Below, piece by piece: positions 45,220-59,469 of a stretch of 64,000 bases of DNA; position 1 is the stretch's first letter; the number at the start of each line of letters is the position of its first letter. The DNA comes from Octopus vulgaris (taxonomy: Eukaryota), in the NCBI GenBank assembly GCA_951406725.2, contig OX597815.1, positions 203,050,001 through 203,114,000 of the forward strand. Reading direction: 5' to 3'. The position numbers were made by a program, and so were the translations under genes. The notes under the pieces are model-generated. The model was given only the letters and a program-made list of their open reading frames with translations. It did not search any database and was not told the origin of the DNA.

Positions 45220-46878
45220 TTTCTTTGTTTATTAGCGCTAATATTGCTTCGAGTTCCAGAGTTTGTTTCTCAGTCGCTGGGGACCACAGTTAGGGGCAGT
45301 AGTTCAAGCAACTGAGAACAAAAGTCTTCCATAGGGGTAGCAGGGCCTCCCTTTTCCTGGTTCTCAATGTCTTCAGAATCCATCCAATGATTCGCCTACA
45401 CTGTGTTGCCATCTTGGTAATACGCACATGGAATGTTGCATCATTGCTCATGTGGACTTTTAGCTCACGCACCGACTCTGACTCTGGGATCATATTACAT
45501 TCTGGTCCAGTGTATTCCGATTTTAGCCTGGTGTTGGACCGATAATGGAGTGCCTGAAATTTCATAGCATTGAAGTGCATGTTATTTATATTAGCCCATT
45601 TGTAGATGTCTTTCAGGTCTTTCTGCAGTAACTGCCTGCCATACTTTTCTGTCATCCGCATAACTTCTCAGATTGGCATGTCTGAGATGGCCACCACAAA
45701 TAGTAGTGGCCCCAGTACAGTTTCCTGTGGGACTGCGCTGAGAATCTCTTCAGAGTGAGCACCATTGGCTACAACTCTCTGACTCCTGCCCTTCAGAAAA
45801 TCATGCAGCCGCTCTACTAGTTTCCCGGTAATACCAAGGTTTCGCAGCTTGTGACATATCATGCCATGATCAAACTTGTCGAAAGCCTTGGCAAAGTTGA
45901 GGTGTATCACATCTAAACATACCGGGTTTCGCTGTTGCTTCAGTAACAAATCAAAGTGCTGCAGCAACTGTGTGAGGCGGTTCCTCCTTGGACGGAAGGC
46001 ATGTTGCGTGTCTGTGGGGTTTGTTTTATTCTATGAACGTGACAATGTGTTACATTGTCTTGCTAACATGTGAGGCCAGAGAGATGGGCCTGTAGATTTT
46101 AGCATCTACTCTGCTCCCTCCTTTATGGACAGGGCATATTTACCCCCTTTTAGCATGCTGGGAAGTTTACCACATGCAAAGAAAATCTGGAAGTGTATCT
46201 ACAGTGGCTTTGCAAGAGCCTTTTTACGTCTTTAAGAGAACAGCTGGGAGTCCAATAGGGCCTGCTGCTACCTTTGATCTCATCTCAGCAATGGTCGACA
46301 TTGCATCCTCTTCTGTTAGGTTGATGTAATCCATGGTTGCCTCTTTTCTAAGTTATTTTATTACATTGAAAAACTACTTTGGCTTGTTTATTTGCATATT
46401 TTCCAGTGGAGAAGTGAAAACACTTCGGAATTCTTTATTTAGTGATTCACTTATCTTCCCCAGGTCTGCAGTTAGAGAACCGTTTTTACCAAATAGTGAC
46501 CCGATCTTATTGTGCACTGAGGCAGACCCCTTTGCAGCTTGTCGAAGGTATTAGGATTTCATTTTTATATTTTCGTCTGCTCAGGTTTCCATTTCTTCTC
46601 TTTCTTTTTCATGGGAGATTTTGAGTTTCTTCTCTATCTCGAAATGGGATTTCAATCTGTCATTAAGGTGTTTGTTTAAACGATTCGAGATCTTTGTGCT
46701 CCACCGCATGCGTATTTAATTGGCTCGGGGAATAACGTTTTTCTGTGTATTGGTTCCCTTCTCTGGGGTATATTTGATGCATATAGTTCGCATTATTAAC
46801 AGGAATTTATTGGGTTTCATATCTATGTCTTGCATAGAGAGGCTTTTAGGCCAGTCCTGCGGGAGTATCAGTTCTTCA
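45220..46878 (-). mobile_element. CR1-group LINE fragment (linker + RT)
   Basis: YRPISL, QHAFRP, FAKAFDKFDH, SAVPQETVLGPLLF, YADD-like, WANINNMHFNAMK, YCP*LWSP. Confidence 0.88.
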
Positions 46879-46885
46879 AGTGACT

Positions 46886-46886
<1 letters not shown>

Positions 46887-46917
<31 letters not shown>

Positions 46918-47036
46918 GATATGCATATAAAAGCGCATATATATGCACATATATATGCATGTATATATATATATGCATATGTATTCATATATATACATAT
47001 ATATGCATATATGTATACATATATATATGCATATAG

Positions 47037-47100
<64 letters not shown>

Positions 47101-47179
47101 GTATAGATATATATATATATGCATATATATATAGATAGATCGATAGATAGATAGATGCATATATATATATATATATATA
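46887..47179. repeat. (TA)/(GATA)/(CA) compound microsatellite
   Basis: Directly visible. Confidence 0.97.
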
Positions 47180-48986
47180 CGCACAATTTTCCAGATGTTC
47201 ACTGGGATGAATTTGCCTGTATTGCGGAAAACGGATTTGATCTTTATGTAGAATGGTTCTCCTTCCCAAGGCCATACTCGTCTGTCCAATATAGTTGTGT
47301 CCACAACCCGAGCAGACTATTACATAAATTAGGTTCTCAGAGGCACAAGTAAAACTAGTTTTAACTGTGGACCCCTGTCCTTCTTTGAAAAGGAAATTCG
47401 AGCTTTCAAGTAAGTTGGGGCAGGTTCCACTGTTTGGGCGTTCACATTTTTTAACTGTTGGTTTCGTGGTTGTTTTGTAAATCTTTGCATTTGTTAGTAG
47501 TCTCTTTAGCGATCCTTGTTGCTTTTTGCATTTGATGAGTTTGTGCGTTTTCAGGATGTTGTTCATTTTTGGATCTCTAGTTAGTAAAGGGAGATTTTGC
47601 ACAATACTGTTGAACGCCCCTCTGTTTCTAGGGTTGTGTGTTGATATAAATAGTAGTGTTTTAAGATGAGTTGTGGTGTTATGTTTTGTTGTTCTTGGTG
47701 TTTTTATGTCTATTTTTTTGGCACGTTTAATTCCCTCGTCTATAAGTGAGGGCGGATATTGTGTTTCTGTAGACGTTGTTTAGAGGTCTTGAAGACGAAG
47801 GTCCCGATTTGTTCTATCAGACACTATTGTACAAATCCTTTTTGTCAAATTGAAAGGAATATATATTTTGATGTGTTTCGGGTGGCATAAGCTAAAGAGG
47901 AGATATTGTTTTAAGTCACTTGGTTTATAATAGATATCAGTTATGATTTGATTATTAACTTTTTTTATCATGATGTCTAAAAATGGGAGCTGTTCCTTGT
48001 TATATTCCATTGTGAATTGAATATTACTATTTATATCATTTAGTGTTGATTTGAAATCCAAAAGTTTGTCGGTGTTCTCCTTCCAAATGATAAAACAGTC
48101 ATCCAGGTATCTTTTCCAATTTTCTCTCATGTAAAGGCAAAATGGGTAACAATATTTCTGAAGTGATATATGATATAAGGTGAATTCAAAATAACCCATT
48201 ATTAGGTTCGCAAGAACAGGGGCTGCTTTCGTTCCTATCGCAATTCCGCAAACCTGACGATAGTATGTGTCATCAAATAGGAAATAATTTTTCTGAAGTA
48301 CAAATTTTAAAGATTCAACAATAAAAATCTTATTTATGCGTTCCGGGAGTACTTTGGAGTACTTTTCCTACCAGAATTTAATCGTTTTTATTCCATAGTC
48401 ATGTGGGATATTGGTGTAAAGAATGATAACATCGAGGGTAACCAATATTGCTTCTTCCTTAATTGTTTTTGGTAGGTGTTCTAGCATGTCTAAATCGTCT
48501 CTTATGAAACTTTTGATGTATTTCAGCAAGCGTTTAAGCAGAGTGTTTAGAACATTGCTTGGGCGATGGGTTTCACAGGCTGGCCCAACAACAATGGGTC
48601 TTAAAGTTAAGTCTTCTGGCATTTGGATATTTATGTATTTGCCTGGTGATTGTTTGCATGCTTCATTGATTATTTTGCTCTTGTGTATTTTAGGAAGGCC
48701 GTAGAAAAGACTGGCTTTACATTTGTTCGTGATGTAGTCTGTTTCTTTATCTGATGTAGTCAGTTTCTTTTACTGTCAGGCCTTTTCTATGTAGAAGAAT
48801 TAATGATGTAAGATATTTCATTGTTTTTTGTTGCTTATAGTTTATAACTCTTTCGTAGAGGCTTCGTTTTCTACTATGGATAATATTAGGTTTTTATAGT
48901 GTTCTGTGTCCATCAGAACTTCCTTTGTATGCTTCTTTAATTGTCGGGTCTTTGTCGTTTTGTAGTTCAATTAGATTTTTCCATTC
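47180..48986 (-). mobile_element. Penelope-like retroelement (RT + GIY-YIG), Neptune-like, disrupted
   Basis: FYGLPKIHK, LRPIV, LDV..LYTNIP, GIAIGTKAAPVLANL, RYLDDCF, LPFLDI, YYKPS, linker [29 protein letters not shown]. Confidence 0.93.
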
Positions 48987-48987
48987 T

Positions 48988-49063
48988 AGAAGAAGAAGGG
49001 GAAGAGGAAGAAGAAGAAGAAGAAGAAGAAGAAGAAGAAGAAGAAGAAGAAGAAGAAGAAGAA
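48988..49063. repeat. (GAA)n microsatellite between two Penelope copies
   Basis: Directly visible. Confidence 0.98.
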
Positions 49064-49880
49064 TGTGGGAGTGAAATAACAGTAACAAGATGCTGATGGA
49101 ATCCACTTAAATGGTCAAGTGACCTAAAAGTGACTCGTTGTGTGTGATAGTTGTGATTGAAATCATTTTGAATAAATTGTTTAGGTAACTGTTTTGAATA
49201 TATCGTTTTTAATATTTGCGTGGGTGTTATTCTAAGGCCCTGGTGTCAGTGTCATTTGTTGTGGATGCATTCAAAAGGGGTTGGTATTCTGTAATAAAGA
49301 ATACGCTGAATTGATAGAGTGGAAATATCCTGAAGCTTGTTTGTTTGTTACTGGCGCAAATGTTGATGTGTTCGCTGAATGCTATTTTTTTGTTTTTCGG
49401 AATTTTGATCTGGGCTCTGTGTAGAGCCATCCTTTGACGTAGACTGTTTTTTTTTTTTGTTTGGCCTATGTATTGCTCTTGACTCCCAGAGCAGGTTAAT
49501 ACGTATGTCAGGTTCTCCGGAGCTTATGTGAAGTTGCTCTTCACTGTGAAACGTTGACCCTGTTTAAAAAAGATCTCTGATCCCTCAATTAGATTGACGC
49601 ATTTACTACAGTTAGGTCTTCCTCATTTCTTCACTGACTGCTTCAGTGTTGGTGTTGAGCGAATTCGGACTTTTGGTAGGAGACTTTTCATAGATTTGGG
49701 CTGTCTCTTGCTTTTTATGATAGTGTTGGTTTGGAGAATTAAATTCATTCTCTGGTCCCTTTTTAGTAGAGGAATGTTTTGAAGGATGGTGTCGAAGGCT
49801 TCATTTTTAAGTGGGTTGAGTGTGACGTATGGTAGAGCTTTTGGTTGTAAATCCTTCTTTAATTAGGGATGCCTGAGTTC
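49064..49880 (-). mobile_element. Second Penelope-like element, GIY-YIG end + tail
   Basis: RPNCSKCVNLIEG, ENLTYVLTCSGSQEQYIGQT, FSEHINICA, YQPLLNA. Confidence 0.88.
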
Positions 49881-49924
49881 TTCCTTTATCCTCCTCTCCC
49901 TCTCTCTGTCCCTCTCACCTCTCT

Positions 49925-52635
49925 CCCCCTCTGGGCTTAGAAATCGAAGATGGCACCAAAGTGGGAAAGCATGTTGCGAGCATGGATGATTGCTAACGGC
50001 GATCCGCCAAACATCATCATCGCTGCACTGAAGAGCAAGGGCTTCTGTAGAACCATTCAGCAGATAGAGCGGAAGAAAAATGAATTCATCCGATCCTATA
50101 CCCTTATCAGACCATGCATTGACACGACACTCTTGATGTAATCATGGAAAACTACTATGGTAAGGCCGATAAGTATAGGGGAAATGAATCAAAAACCAGA
50201 AGTCTCTTTGATCCAGTGGTTCTCCAAAAAATGAATCCCCCGCTCCAGTGAACTACCAGGCTGAAAAGGATAGAGAAGTCAAGGAAGCAACAACCAGAAG
50301 TCCTTCTGTGCCTGCGGTCCTACAACAGAACGAAGTCTTCACCCCATTGGGCAACCAGAGAAATGCAAGTGCTATCACAAGAAAAGGAAGGAAAGAACAC
50401 GAGCACAAACACAAAGAAGGAAGGGGAGAAAAAGGTAAAAGAAAAAATGAAATAACTAAAACCGAAACCCCAATCCACTAAATAAAAAACAGAAAACTCA
50501 AATATGGAGGTTTCAATGGAATCTGAAACCCTAGAGGGAAGAAGAAATTTGGAGTGAAATCAAGGACGTGCAAATTTTAGCTGCAAGGTAAATGTTGGCA
50601 TTGGGAAGACGGTACAAACTGTCGGTTTTCTCACCCGATACCCCACCAAAACTACAGAGGCCTTAAGGAGAAATACTTCTCTGAGGAAAGGCACCAATCT
50701 TCTCCAAAGAAAAAATATAGAAATGCAGTGCGCTCTTCAGATGTTATATGCATGGCAGCAGCTGAACAATAGTCGTTTTTGTACATGGCGCAAAACATTG
50801 TGCAGCAGCTGACCTGGCTACATCAAACACAAACAAGGAACCTTGCCCAACACTGTGCTAGCCCACCACAATCAACAGACACGGGATGGCCTCCTCTAAC
50901 ACCTGCACAGTCGTCACGCCAATATTATCATTAAATATTGGGGTCCTGTTGCATCCCAAGAACAAATGCAAATGTTTTTCCTGAAAGACCTTCTTGCGTG
51001 CAATCAAGAGCTATGCATATCACTCGGAGAAACTCATCTGAACCCTGATATAGAGGATGCAGAAGTACACGCACCAAAACATATCATACTACGGACAGAC
51101 AGAAGGGAAAGGATCCATGGTGAAGTTACTGTATACATCCGTGAAGACCACACACCAGATCTTACTGTCATACTCAAACTCAGTATGTGTCATTCTAATT
51201 GTATACATAAGACAACACAATATAGTCATATGCATCACATATTGTACACCGGATGCTCCAAAGCACATAGGCAAGTTTGAAGACTGCCTCACAAGAATTA
51301 CAGAAATTCTTATGAAACTGAAACACCCTGTGATTTCAACCCCCCAAGGACAAATGGCTCGAAAGCCTCATGCTCTTAGGACCGACTCATTGCAAACAAG
51401 CACGGTTTGAGCCCCTGCTCAACCTCACCAATGACCTATTCATGGAGCAGGTTGTGCTCAGACCAACTGGATCACTGCTTGACGCAGCTCTTACAACACT
51501 ATGACTGAGTGTTGAGGCAGTTACTCAACAACTCCAATGTGGACGTTATATATATTGGCTTTGCAAAAGCTTTTGATAAATTGGATCATTGTATGATATG
51601 CCACAAACTGCGTAATCTTGGCATAGCTGGAAAACTTGGAGAGTGGTTACATGATTTTCTGAAAGATAGAATTCAGGTAATAGTGGCCTTGGAGCACACC
51701 TCAATGAAAACACAAATAGAGAGCTGTGTTCCACAGGACACAATCATGGGACCACTGCTTTTCATAGTGGCCCTCTCAGATATGCCTTCAGCTGCCCGGA
51801 TAGCCAACCGTGCGAGCTACGCAGACGATACGAAAGTCCCGCAGAAAATACAAAACTGCAGCGATGTTGCACACATGCAGCAGGTATTGGACTCTGTTTA
51901 CAGATGGGCTGAGGATAATAATATGCAGTTTAATGCTGAAAAATCCCACACCCTGCGCTACCGGCGTCCACAACTGAATATAAAACTTACAGGGTCCGCA
52001 AGGGATTACAATCCCAGAGCCTAAATCAATGAGGGACCTGGGTATCGAAATGAGTGTTGATACCTCTTTCCAAGTGCACATTACCAGGATGACGACAAAG
52101 TGCAGATGACTGGCTTGATGGATCCTGAGAACGTTCAGAACTAGAGAAAAGAAAACCGTTCTTCCTCAGCCGCTATGGTCACCCAAAAGGGTAAAATTAA
52201 CAGCGGACCTTGAAGCAATCCAGCGAAGCTTCATAAAGAAGAGTGTGTCGTTGTCACGGCCTAGCTACACGGAAAGGCTGAAACAGTTAAGACTTTACTC
52301 CTTAGAGCGAAGGCGGGTGAGATGTACGGTAATATACATCTGCAATATCCTGGAAGGAATTGTGCCAAATATTGGCACTGAAAGATACACAAATGCCAGA
52401 ATGGGTCGATACTGCACAATGCCAAAAACCCCAACAATGCCATCGTTTCAGAGGTTTCAGTGGCCCAGCACTTTATAATATTCCCATAAAGAGCCTGAGG
52501 GACCTGCACAAAGTGGACATATATGTTTTCATGTCAAAACTGGAGCTCTTCCTGTCGAGTGTCCCAGATGAACCCTACCTTGCGGTAGGAGGTGCAAATG
52601 AAGGTAGCGACATCAAACTCTCTTGTTTCCCATAT
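49925..52635 (+). mobile_element. CR1-group LINE, internally deleted (ORF1 remnant, partial APE, RT, 3' end)
   Basis: CCCH-like CKF*LQGKCWHWEDGTNCRFSHP (~50570-50637), GETHLNP, LRTDR, FAKAFDKLDH, VPQDTIMGPLLF, YADDTK, LYSLERRR, PDEP. Confidence 0.88.
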
Positions 52636-52671
<36 letters not shown>

Positions 52672-52990
52672 TATATATACATATATATCTATATATCTAT
52701 ATACGTATATATCTATGTATATGTTTTCTAGTTTGATACTAGAGTTTTTTTTATAAGGAAAATTATTATTTTATTTATTTCTTAAGAAATATTGTTTAAA
52801 TATTTCTGAATATTTATTTAAATATTATAATTAACATGAAGATTGACTATAACCGTAATTCGAATTATTAATTAAATTTAAATAATTGAATTTTGAATTT
52901 TATATTTTATATATTTTTTATTAATTAATTTTATTTCTATGTATTTGTTTATGATTTTCACTGTTTGATTTGCCTAAAAGTGGTTTTATC

Positions 52991-53460
<470 letters not shown>

Positions 53461-53463
53461 TAT

Positions 53464-53620
53464 ATCAGCCGAAATAATTTCGTACTTCACTGAGGAAAGA
53501 GTAACTTCGAATGAACCGTTCTTGCTTTCTTTGTATCGTCTCTCTGGATGTTTTATTGTCCCATTTTTGTATCACCTAGTTGTCCGGCTATTTTGCGTTC
53601 TTGTCCCATTATGTATTTTA
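53464..53620 (+). repeat. Repeat module P between (TA)n tracts
   Basis: atcagccgaaat...actgagga...ttcgaatga...ttttgcgttcttgtcccatt. Confidence 0.7.
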
Positions 53621-53635
53621 TAATATATATCTATA

Positions 53636-53773
<138 letters not shown>

Positions 53774-53945
53774 CATATATATGTGATCTCTTGAGCACCA
53801 CCAGCTCAAATATTTTTTCTCTGTCTTCCCTTCTTGGGATCTTTCCTTCCCTTCTTTCCTGACCGTCAATAATACTTTAATTGTTCCACGTCCTGCGTTG
53901 CTGTGTTTTTTTCTCTCTTTTTTTTTCTGTTTTCTCGTTTGGATT

Positions 53946-53986
<41 letters not shown>

Positions 53987-54041
53987 AACATATATATACA
54001 GACTTTTATATGTATATACATATACATACATATATATGTAG

Positions 54042-54100
<59 letters not shown>

Positions 54101-54125
54101 TATATATATACATATATATATGTAT

Positions 54126-54170
<45 letters not shown>

Positions 54171-54192
54171 TATATATATACATATATATATG

Positions 54193-54243
<51 letters not shown>

Positions 54244-54426
54244 CATTGAATTTTAATGTATATATGTATGTTATTATGATTCTTGTTTTGTTAAATAAAT
54301 AGGTCAACATTCTAATATCCTAAAGCTGATATAACAGCTAAATTGTTTCTCAATTTCTTATTTGTATCATATATAGACATACATACATATGTGCATATAT
54401 ATACACATGCATATATATATATACAT

Positions 54427-54458
<32 letters not shown>

Positions 54459-54486
54459 ACATATAGGTTGATAAATAGATTGACAC

Positions 54487-54562
<76 letters not shown>

Positions 54563-55132
54563 TTTGATTGATTGATTGATATGTAAATGTAGACAGGCAC
54601 GCAGATAGACAGATAGATTCTGATAGAAAAAAGATGCAGGAAGACTATAAGTAGGTAAAAACCAGGAGAGGGCGTAGCAAGTTTGAATATGTAGGGAGGG
54701 ATTTGTATGCGTCTGGTTGCGTCTATGTTATTTTGCTTGAATACGTCTGACTATGAATGTTTATGTGAAGCTATCATACACAGGAAGTTGTAAAAATATA
54801 GGAAGTTGAGAATATAAAAGTAAACCGGATCGCAATGCTATATATACTTTAGCAGATACTGCATAGAAGTGTAGTGGTTGATGATTGGGAGGGGAAAAGC
54901 TAGAGGAAACCTGTAGGTGTCTGTAGGACTGTCATGCTCGATGACAAGGAAGAAATTGTTGTGACGTATATTGAACCGACACTGTCGTTTTTGACAGGTT
55001 GTGGTATAAAGATTAGTCACGCCTTCTGGGTTTGCAACTGCTAAAAGTAATCTTTCTATATGTGTTCGTTTATTTTATTTTATTTTATTTTATTTTATTT
55101 TTGCGACTGATAGATAGATAGATAGATAGATA

Positions 55133-55300
55133 TGTTTCTTTATTAGCCACACAGGGCTGCACACGGACAGGACAAATTACAAGGTAGAGCTTTTCTTTTG
55201 GGGGTAAAAAAAAAGGGGGGTTGGTTTTCGATCAAAAGGGATCGTAGAGGGAAAGAGGACAAAAAAGGGGTGAATAAAAAAAAAAAAAGGGGGGGGGACA
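55133..55300 (-). mobile_element. Tx1 copy 3, 3'UTR-only stub within (GATA)n
   Basis: tgtttctttattagccacacagggctgcacac identical to 1775-1806. GATA repeats at 55109-55132 and from 55301. Confidence 0.9.
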
Positions 55301-55449
55301 AGATAGATAGATTGATTGATTGATAGATAGTTAGATACCTAACTTATCGGTCTCTTTTAGCCGATAAGTAAGACCAATGAACTACTTTCTTTAAGAAGCC
55401 TAGGAATCTTTAAGTCGCATGAGACCAAATCAGACTTATTTAGATAAAC

Positions 55450-55504
<55 letters not shown>

Positions 55505-55654
55505 GGAGTCGGGAAGACACTCGGCAAGAAATGGAAGCAAATTTGAAAGAAGAAAAAAAAAAAATAATAATGATGATGATGATGATTAGATCGAACCTAG
55601 TATACAACTGGATACTTAATTTTTCGAAACTTGACCACGACGGCAGACGAAAAA

Positions 55655-55828
55655 CGGATTAAGTCGATTAGATCGACTCCAGTGAGTCACTGGTACTTAA
55701 TTCATCGACCCCGAAAGGATGAAAGGTAAAGTCCACCTCGGCGGAATTTGAACTTAGAACGCATCGGCGGACGAAATACTGCTAAGCATTTGACCCGGCG
55801 TGCTAATGATTCTACCAGCTCGCCGCTT
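55655..55828 (-). mobile_element. SINE family M
   Basis: Minus strand CCTTTCATCCTTTCGGGGTCGATGAATTAAGTACCAG (Meta-domain-like) and B-box-like AGTTCAAATTCC. Confidence 0.82.
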
Positions 55829-55843
55829 TAATGATAATGCTAA

Positions 55844-56197
55844 TAAGAGCAGTTAGAGAGCGCAAACGTCCACCAGGGCAACACCAGCGTCGTCTCATTG
55901 ATTAGCCGGAGATAATTTTTAAAATAAGAATATTTGAAATAAACTCGACTTCTCTCACAAATGAAAATATTAAAAATGAACCCGACCTCTCTCAAAAGTT
56001 TAGTAAAAAAAAAAAGGAAAAATATCCCAGAATCCTTGTCCTGTCCCGGTTCAATCCGAAGATCTAATCAGTTCGTGCCAAACATCCCTGAAAGTTTCCT
56101 CCAAATCCATCCAGCAGTTCTTGAGTTATCTCGTCCACGGACACACAAGCAAACACGATTGAAACAATACCTCCGACTCCGCCTAAGGCGGAGGTAA
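55844..56197 (-). mobile_element. HINE/DINE-1-like non-autonomous Helentron
   Basis: Terminal palindrome TACCTCCGACTCCGCCTAAGGCGGAGGTA, degenerate sub-terminal partner ACGTCCACCAGGG near the other end, AA/TT flanks. Confidence 0.6.
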
Positions 56198-56211
56198 TTA
56201 TTATAACATTG

Positions 56212-56255
<44 letters not shown>

Positions 56256-56637
56256 TTGCTAACCAGCCACATGGTTCTGGGTTCAGTCCCACTGCGTGGC
56301 ATCTTGGGCAAGTGTCTTCTGCTTTAGCTCCGGGCCGACCAATGCCTTGTGAGTGGATTTGGTAGACGGAAACTGAAAGAAGCCTGTCGTATATATGTAT
56401 ATATATATATAAATATGTATGTGTGTGTGTGTTTGTGTTTGTCCCCTTAGCATTGCTTGACAACCGATGCTGGTGTGTTTACGTCCCCGTCACATAGCGG
56501 TTCGGCAAAAAGAGATCGATAGAATAAGTACTGGGCTTACAAAAAGAATAAGTCCCGGGGTCGATTTGCTCGACTAAAAGGCGGTGCTCCAGCATGGCCG
56601 CAGTCAAATGACTGAAACAAGTAAAAGAGTAAAGAGT
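56256..56637 (+). mobile_element. SINE family A lacking the first ~30 nt
   Basis: Begins ttgctaaccagccacatgg directly after (TAA)n. Confidence 0.9.
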
Positions 56638-56951
56638 ATACATAATATGCATTCACATTTATAAATAAACACACACACACATAACTCACACATGCACAAA
56701 CATACTCGCAGACAGACAGACACACACACAAGGCTCCAAAGCGAAAACCTTACAACATTGATTATAACTGAAGCGTTCACCGTAACGATGCCCGTTTGTA
56801 CGGACCCCTACCGCTAACACATAATGCAACACTTGTAATCTTCAGTGACATAATAATATCAGATGCGCACAAACACAAGCATATATGATATATATATGAT
56901 ATATATATATACATACATACGTGAACATAATATACAAACATACTCACACAC

Positions 56952-57036
<85 letters not shown>

Positions 57037-57124
57037 TTCATGTGCGTTATGCATTCATATACTCGACGTTCTGGTTGGCGCGTTGTTGTTATATTGGTGG
57101 TGCGGTGAAAATGCTCGATATTGA

Positions 57125-57325
57125 TGTTGAGGAAAACCAGGTCAAGCCTGATCGATTATATATCTCTGATGAAAGGCATTCCAACCACGATCATCCTGTC
57201 GTTTGTTTTCGTCTATATTGTTCGTATGGACTGTATTAACTAATGTACCCTATGTGCTAAAGGCGTAGTTACTGATTCGTGGGGAGATTTAGCAGCTATT
57301 TTTAGCTAACTGAGTAAACCCGGAA
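57125..57325 (-). repeat. Old dispersed repeat family O
   Basis: ccaggtcaagcctgatc...ggcattccaacc...gagatttagcagctattttagc. Confidence 0.45.
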
Positions 57326-58025
57326 ATCTCTTCGTCATTCATAATATGCAGCTGAAGAGTTATACATCTATCCATCTATACACATACATACACACACACA
57401 CATATATATGCATATATACTTGCATACATATGCGGTGGGGGTGCGTGTATGCGTGTATGTATATATATTTCATGCGCTATCATGAGATAGACTGATACAT
57501 TCAAACATATGTAGACGAAAAAATATAGGTAGATAGATAGAAAGATAGATAGAGAGAGATAGGTAGATAGATAGATAGATATACATACATACACACATAT
57601 ATAATCATACAAGCATTTGTGTGTGTGTGTGCATATATAGACGGGAGAAGTGTATAGTTAACGTGAATTAAAAATACACGTAACATCTTATAAACAGCAC
57701 AAACTATATAACATTGTACTTGTTGTTATGGTAAAGAAAATGAAACCTCTTCAGAGGGGAGGGGTACGTTCGAGTATAACATACACACACACAACACAAA
57801 CACACACACACACACACACAACTTCTTTCTCCCTCGTTTCTTTCTTTCTTTCTTTCTCTCTCTCTCTTTTTCTTCTACTGTACCTGATTGGTACTTATTT
57901 TATCTTTCCCTGAACTTGATGGGTTTAAGTTACAAGCCATTCTCGATCCCATTTGTATTTCCAAAATTCTTTTAGTAACCACAATAAAGACGATCGTCTC
58001 AATGGGGATGATAAAGATGATGCTA

Positions 58026-58063
<38 letters not shown>

Positions 58064-58189
58064 ATAGCAATTATCTGTTGTGTTTCCCGCCTTGTGATCG
58101 CGCCTTGTTACAAGCCGCACTGTGCGAGTTTAGTTTCTCGGCTTGCTACTGTGTTTTTCTCTCGCCTGCTTCAACCATAAAGCCGCTAT

Positions 58190-58197
58190 CTCTTCTT

Positions 58198-58251
<54 letters not shown>

Positions 58252-59340
58252 CTCTCTTTCCTCTTTTTTATTTCTACGTTTCTTCATTTTCACATGCTTC
58301 TTTCTATCGCTTTACCCTTCCTGCTCTTCTTTCTTTCTCTCTCCATCTTTCTCTCTTTCTTTTAACCTATTACTTTCTATCTATTTACCTACATTTCTAT
58401 CTCTTCATCTATCTATCTATCTATCTATCATCTATCTATCTATCTATCCATCTAACTTTTCTCTTTCTTTTCTCCTCTATCTGTTTGTTCATTTTCTTCC
58501 GCTTGTTTGTAACTCTCTACATTTGTGTCTGTCTCTCTATCTCTATCTCTCCCGCACAAACAGACGCACACAAACACACACACATACACACACATACGCT
58601 TCTTTAGTCTCGTTAAACTCGTCTGTCTCTCTCCCCCTGTCTCATTTGTATTTTTGTTGTTTGTTTTTTTTTTGTTTTAATTTGTGCTTTTGTTCCAGAC
58701 TCCCCTATATAATAACATTTGCAAGTCTCTTTTTCTTGTGACTATCTTTCTCTCTCGAATGTTGAGCTCTTCTTTTTCTCTTCGTTCACTCCTTCAACTC
58801 CATCTATCTGTCTATCTATCTATCTATCTATCTCTCTATCTGTCTACATATCTATTTATATTTCTCTCTGTATGCATGTATATGTGTGCATGTACGTATT
58901 TAAATCAACCTCCTTCTATGTTATAAACACTCAATCGGTCTTCCTGTCTCTATTTCTCTCTTTCTCTTCCTTTTCCTGACTTAGTGTGCGTGCGCGTGTT
59001 CGTGTTATCTCGCACTCTCCATCTCTTCTTTCCTCTGTTTACACACATACAACACATACAAAGAACCATATATATATACATATATATATGCATATAAACA
59101 CACGTACGTCTCTAGGTTTCTTACGCTCTCTTTCACACGTACGGAAACACACTTATCTCTCACTCTTTCACATTAATACACAAACCCATTTTCTTTCTAT
59201 CTTCCCCTTGTCATTTCCTCGCTCTTCTATTCAACTTCTCAACTAATATTATCTTTTGTTTTCTGTCACTCTAGTGTCTTCTATCCTATCCTATCCTATC
59301 CTATTCTATTCCATTCTATTGTATTCCATTCAATTACATT
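58190..59340. repeat. Pyrimidine-rich low-complexity tract upstream of the host ORF
   Basis: (CT)n, (TATC)n, (CTATC)n with strong plus-strand C/T skew. Confidence 0.85.
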
Positions 59341-59355
59341 ATTTTCTACAAAACT

Positions 59356-59469
59356 ATGATCTTAGTGAGAGAGCTAAACCACCGCCAGCTTCAAGAGAAG
59401 ATGCAACACTCGTACTACCACTACCTAAAGAAGGATTTTAATTCATTTGGCTTTCGCTGGACACCCTAG
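59356..59469 (+). other. Candidate 37-codon uORF/small ORF in a putative upstream exon
   Basis: MILVRELNHRQLQEKMQHSYYHYLKKDFNSFGFRWTP* in a complex island between low-complexity tracts; weak donor AAG|GTTTAC at 59525/59526. Confidence 0.25.

Noticed and set aside
45220-52635. The two CR1-group pieces as one inverted element
   Set aside because: Both contain the same RT segment and are clearly divergent, so they are separate insertions.
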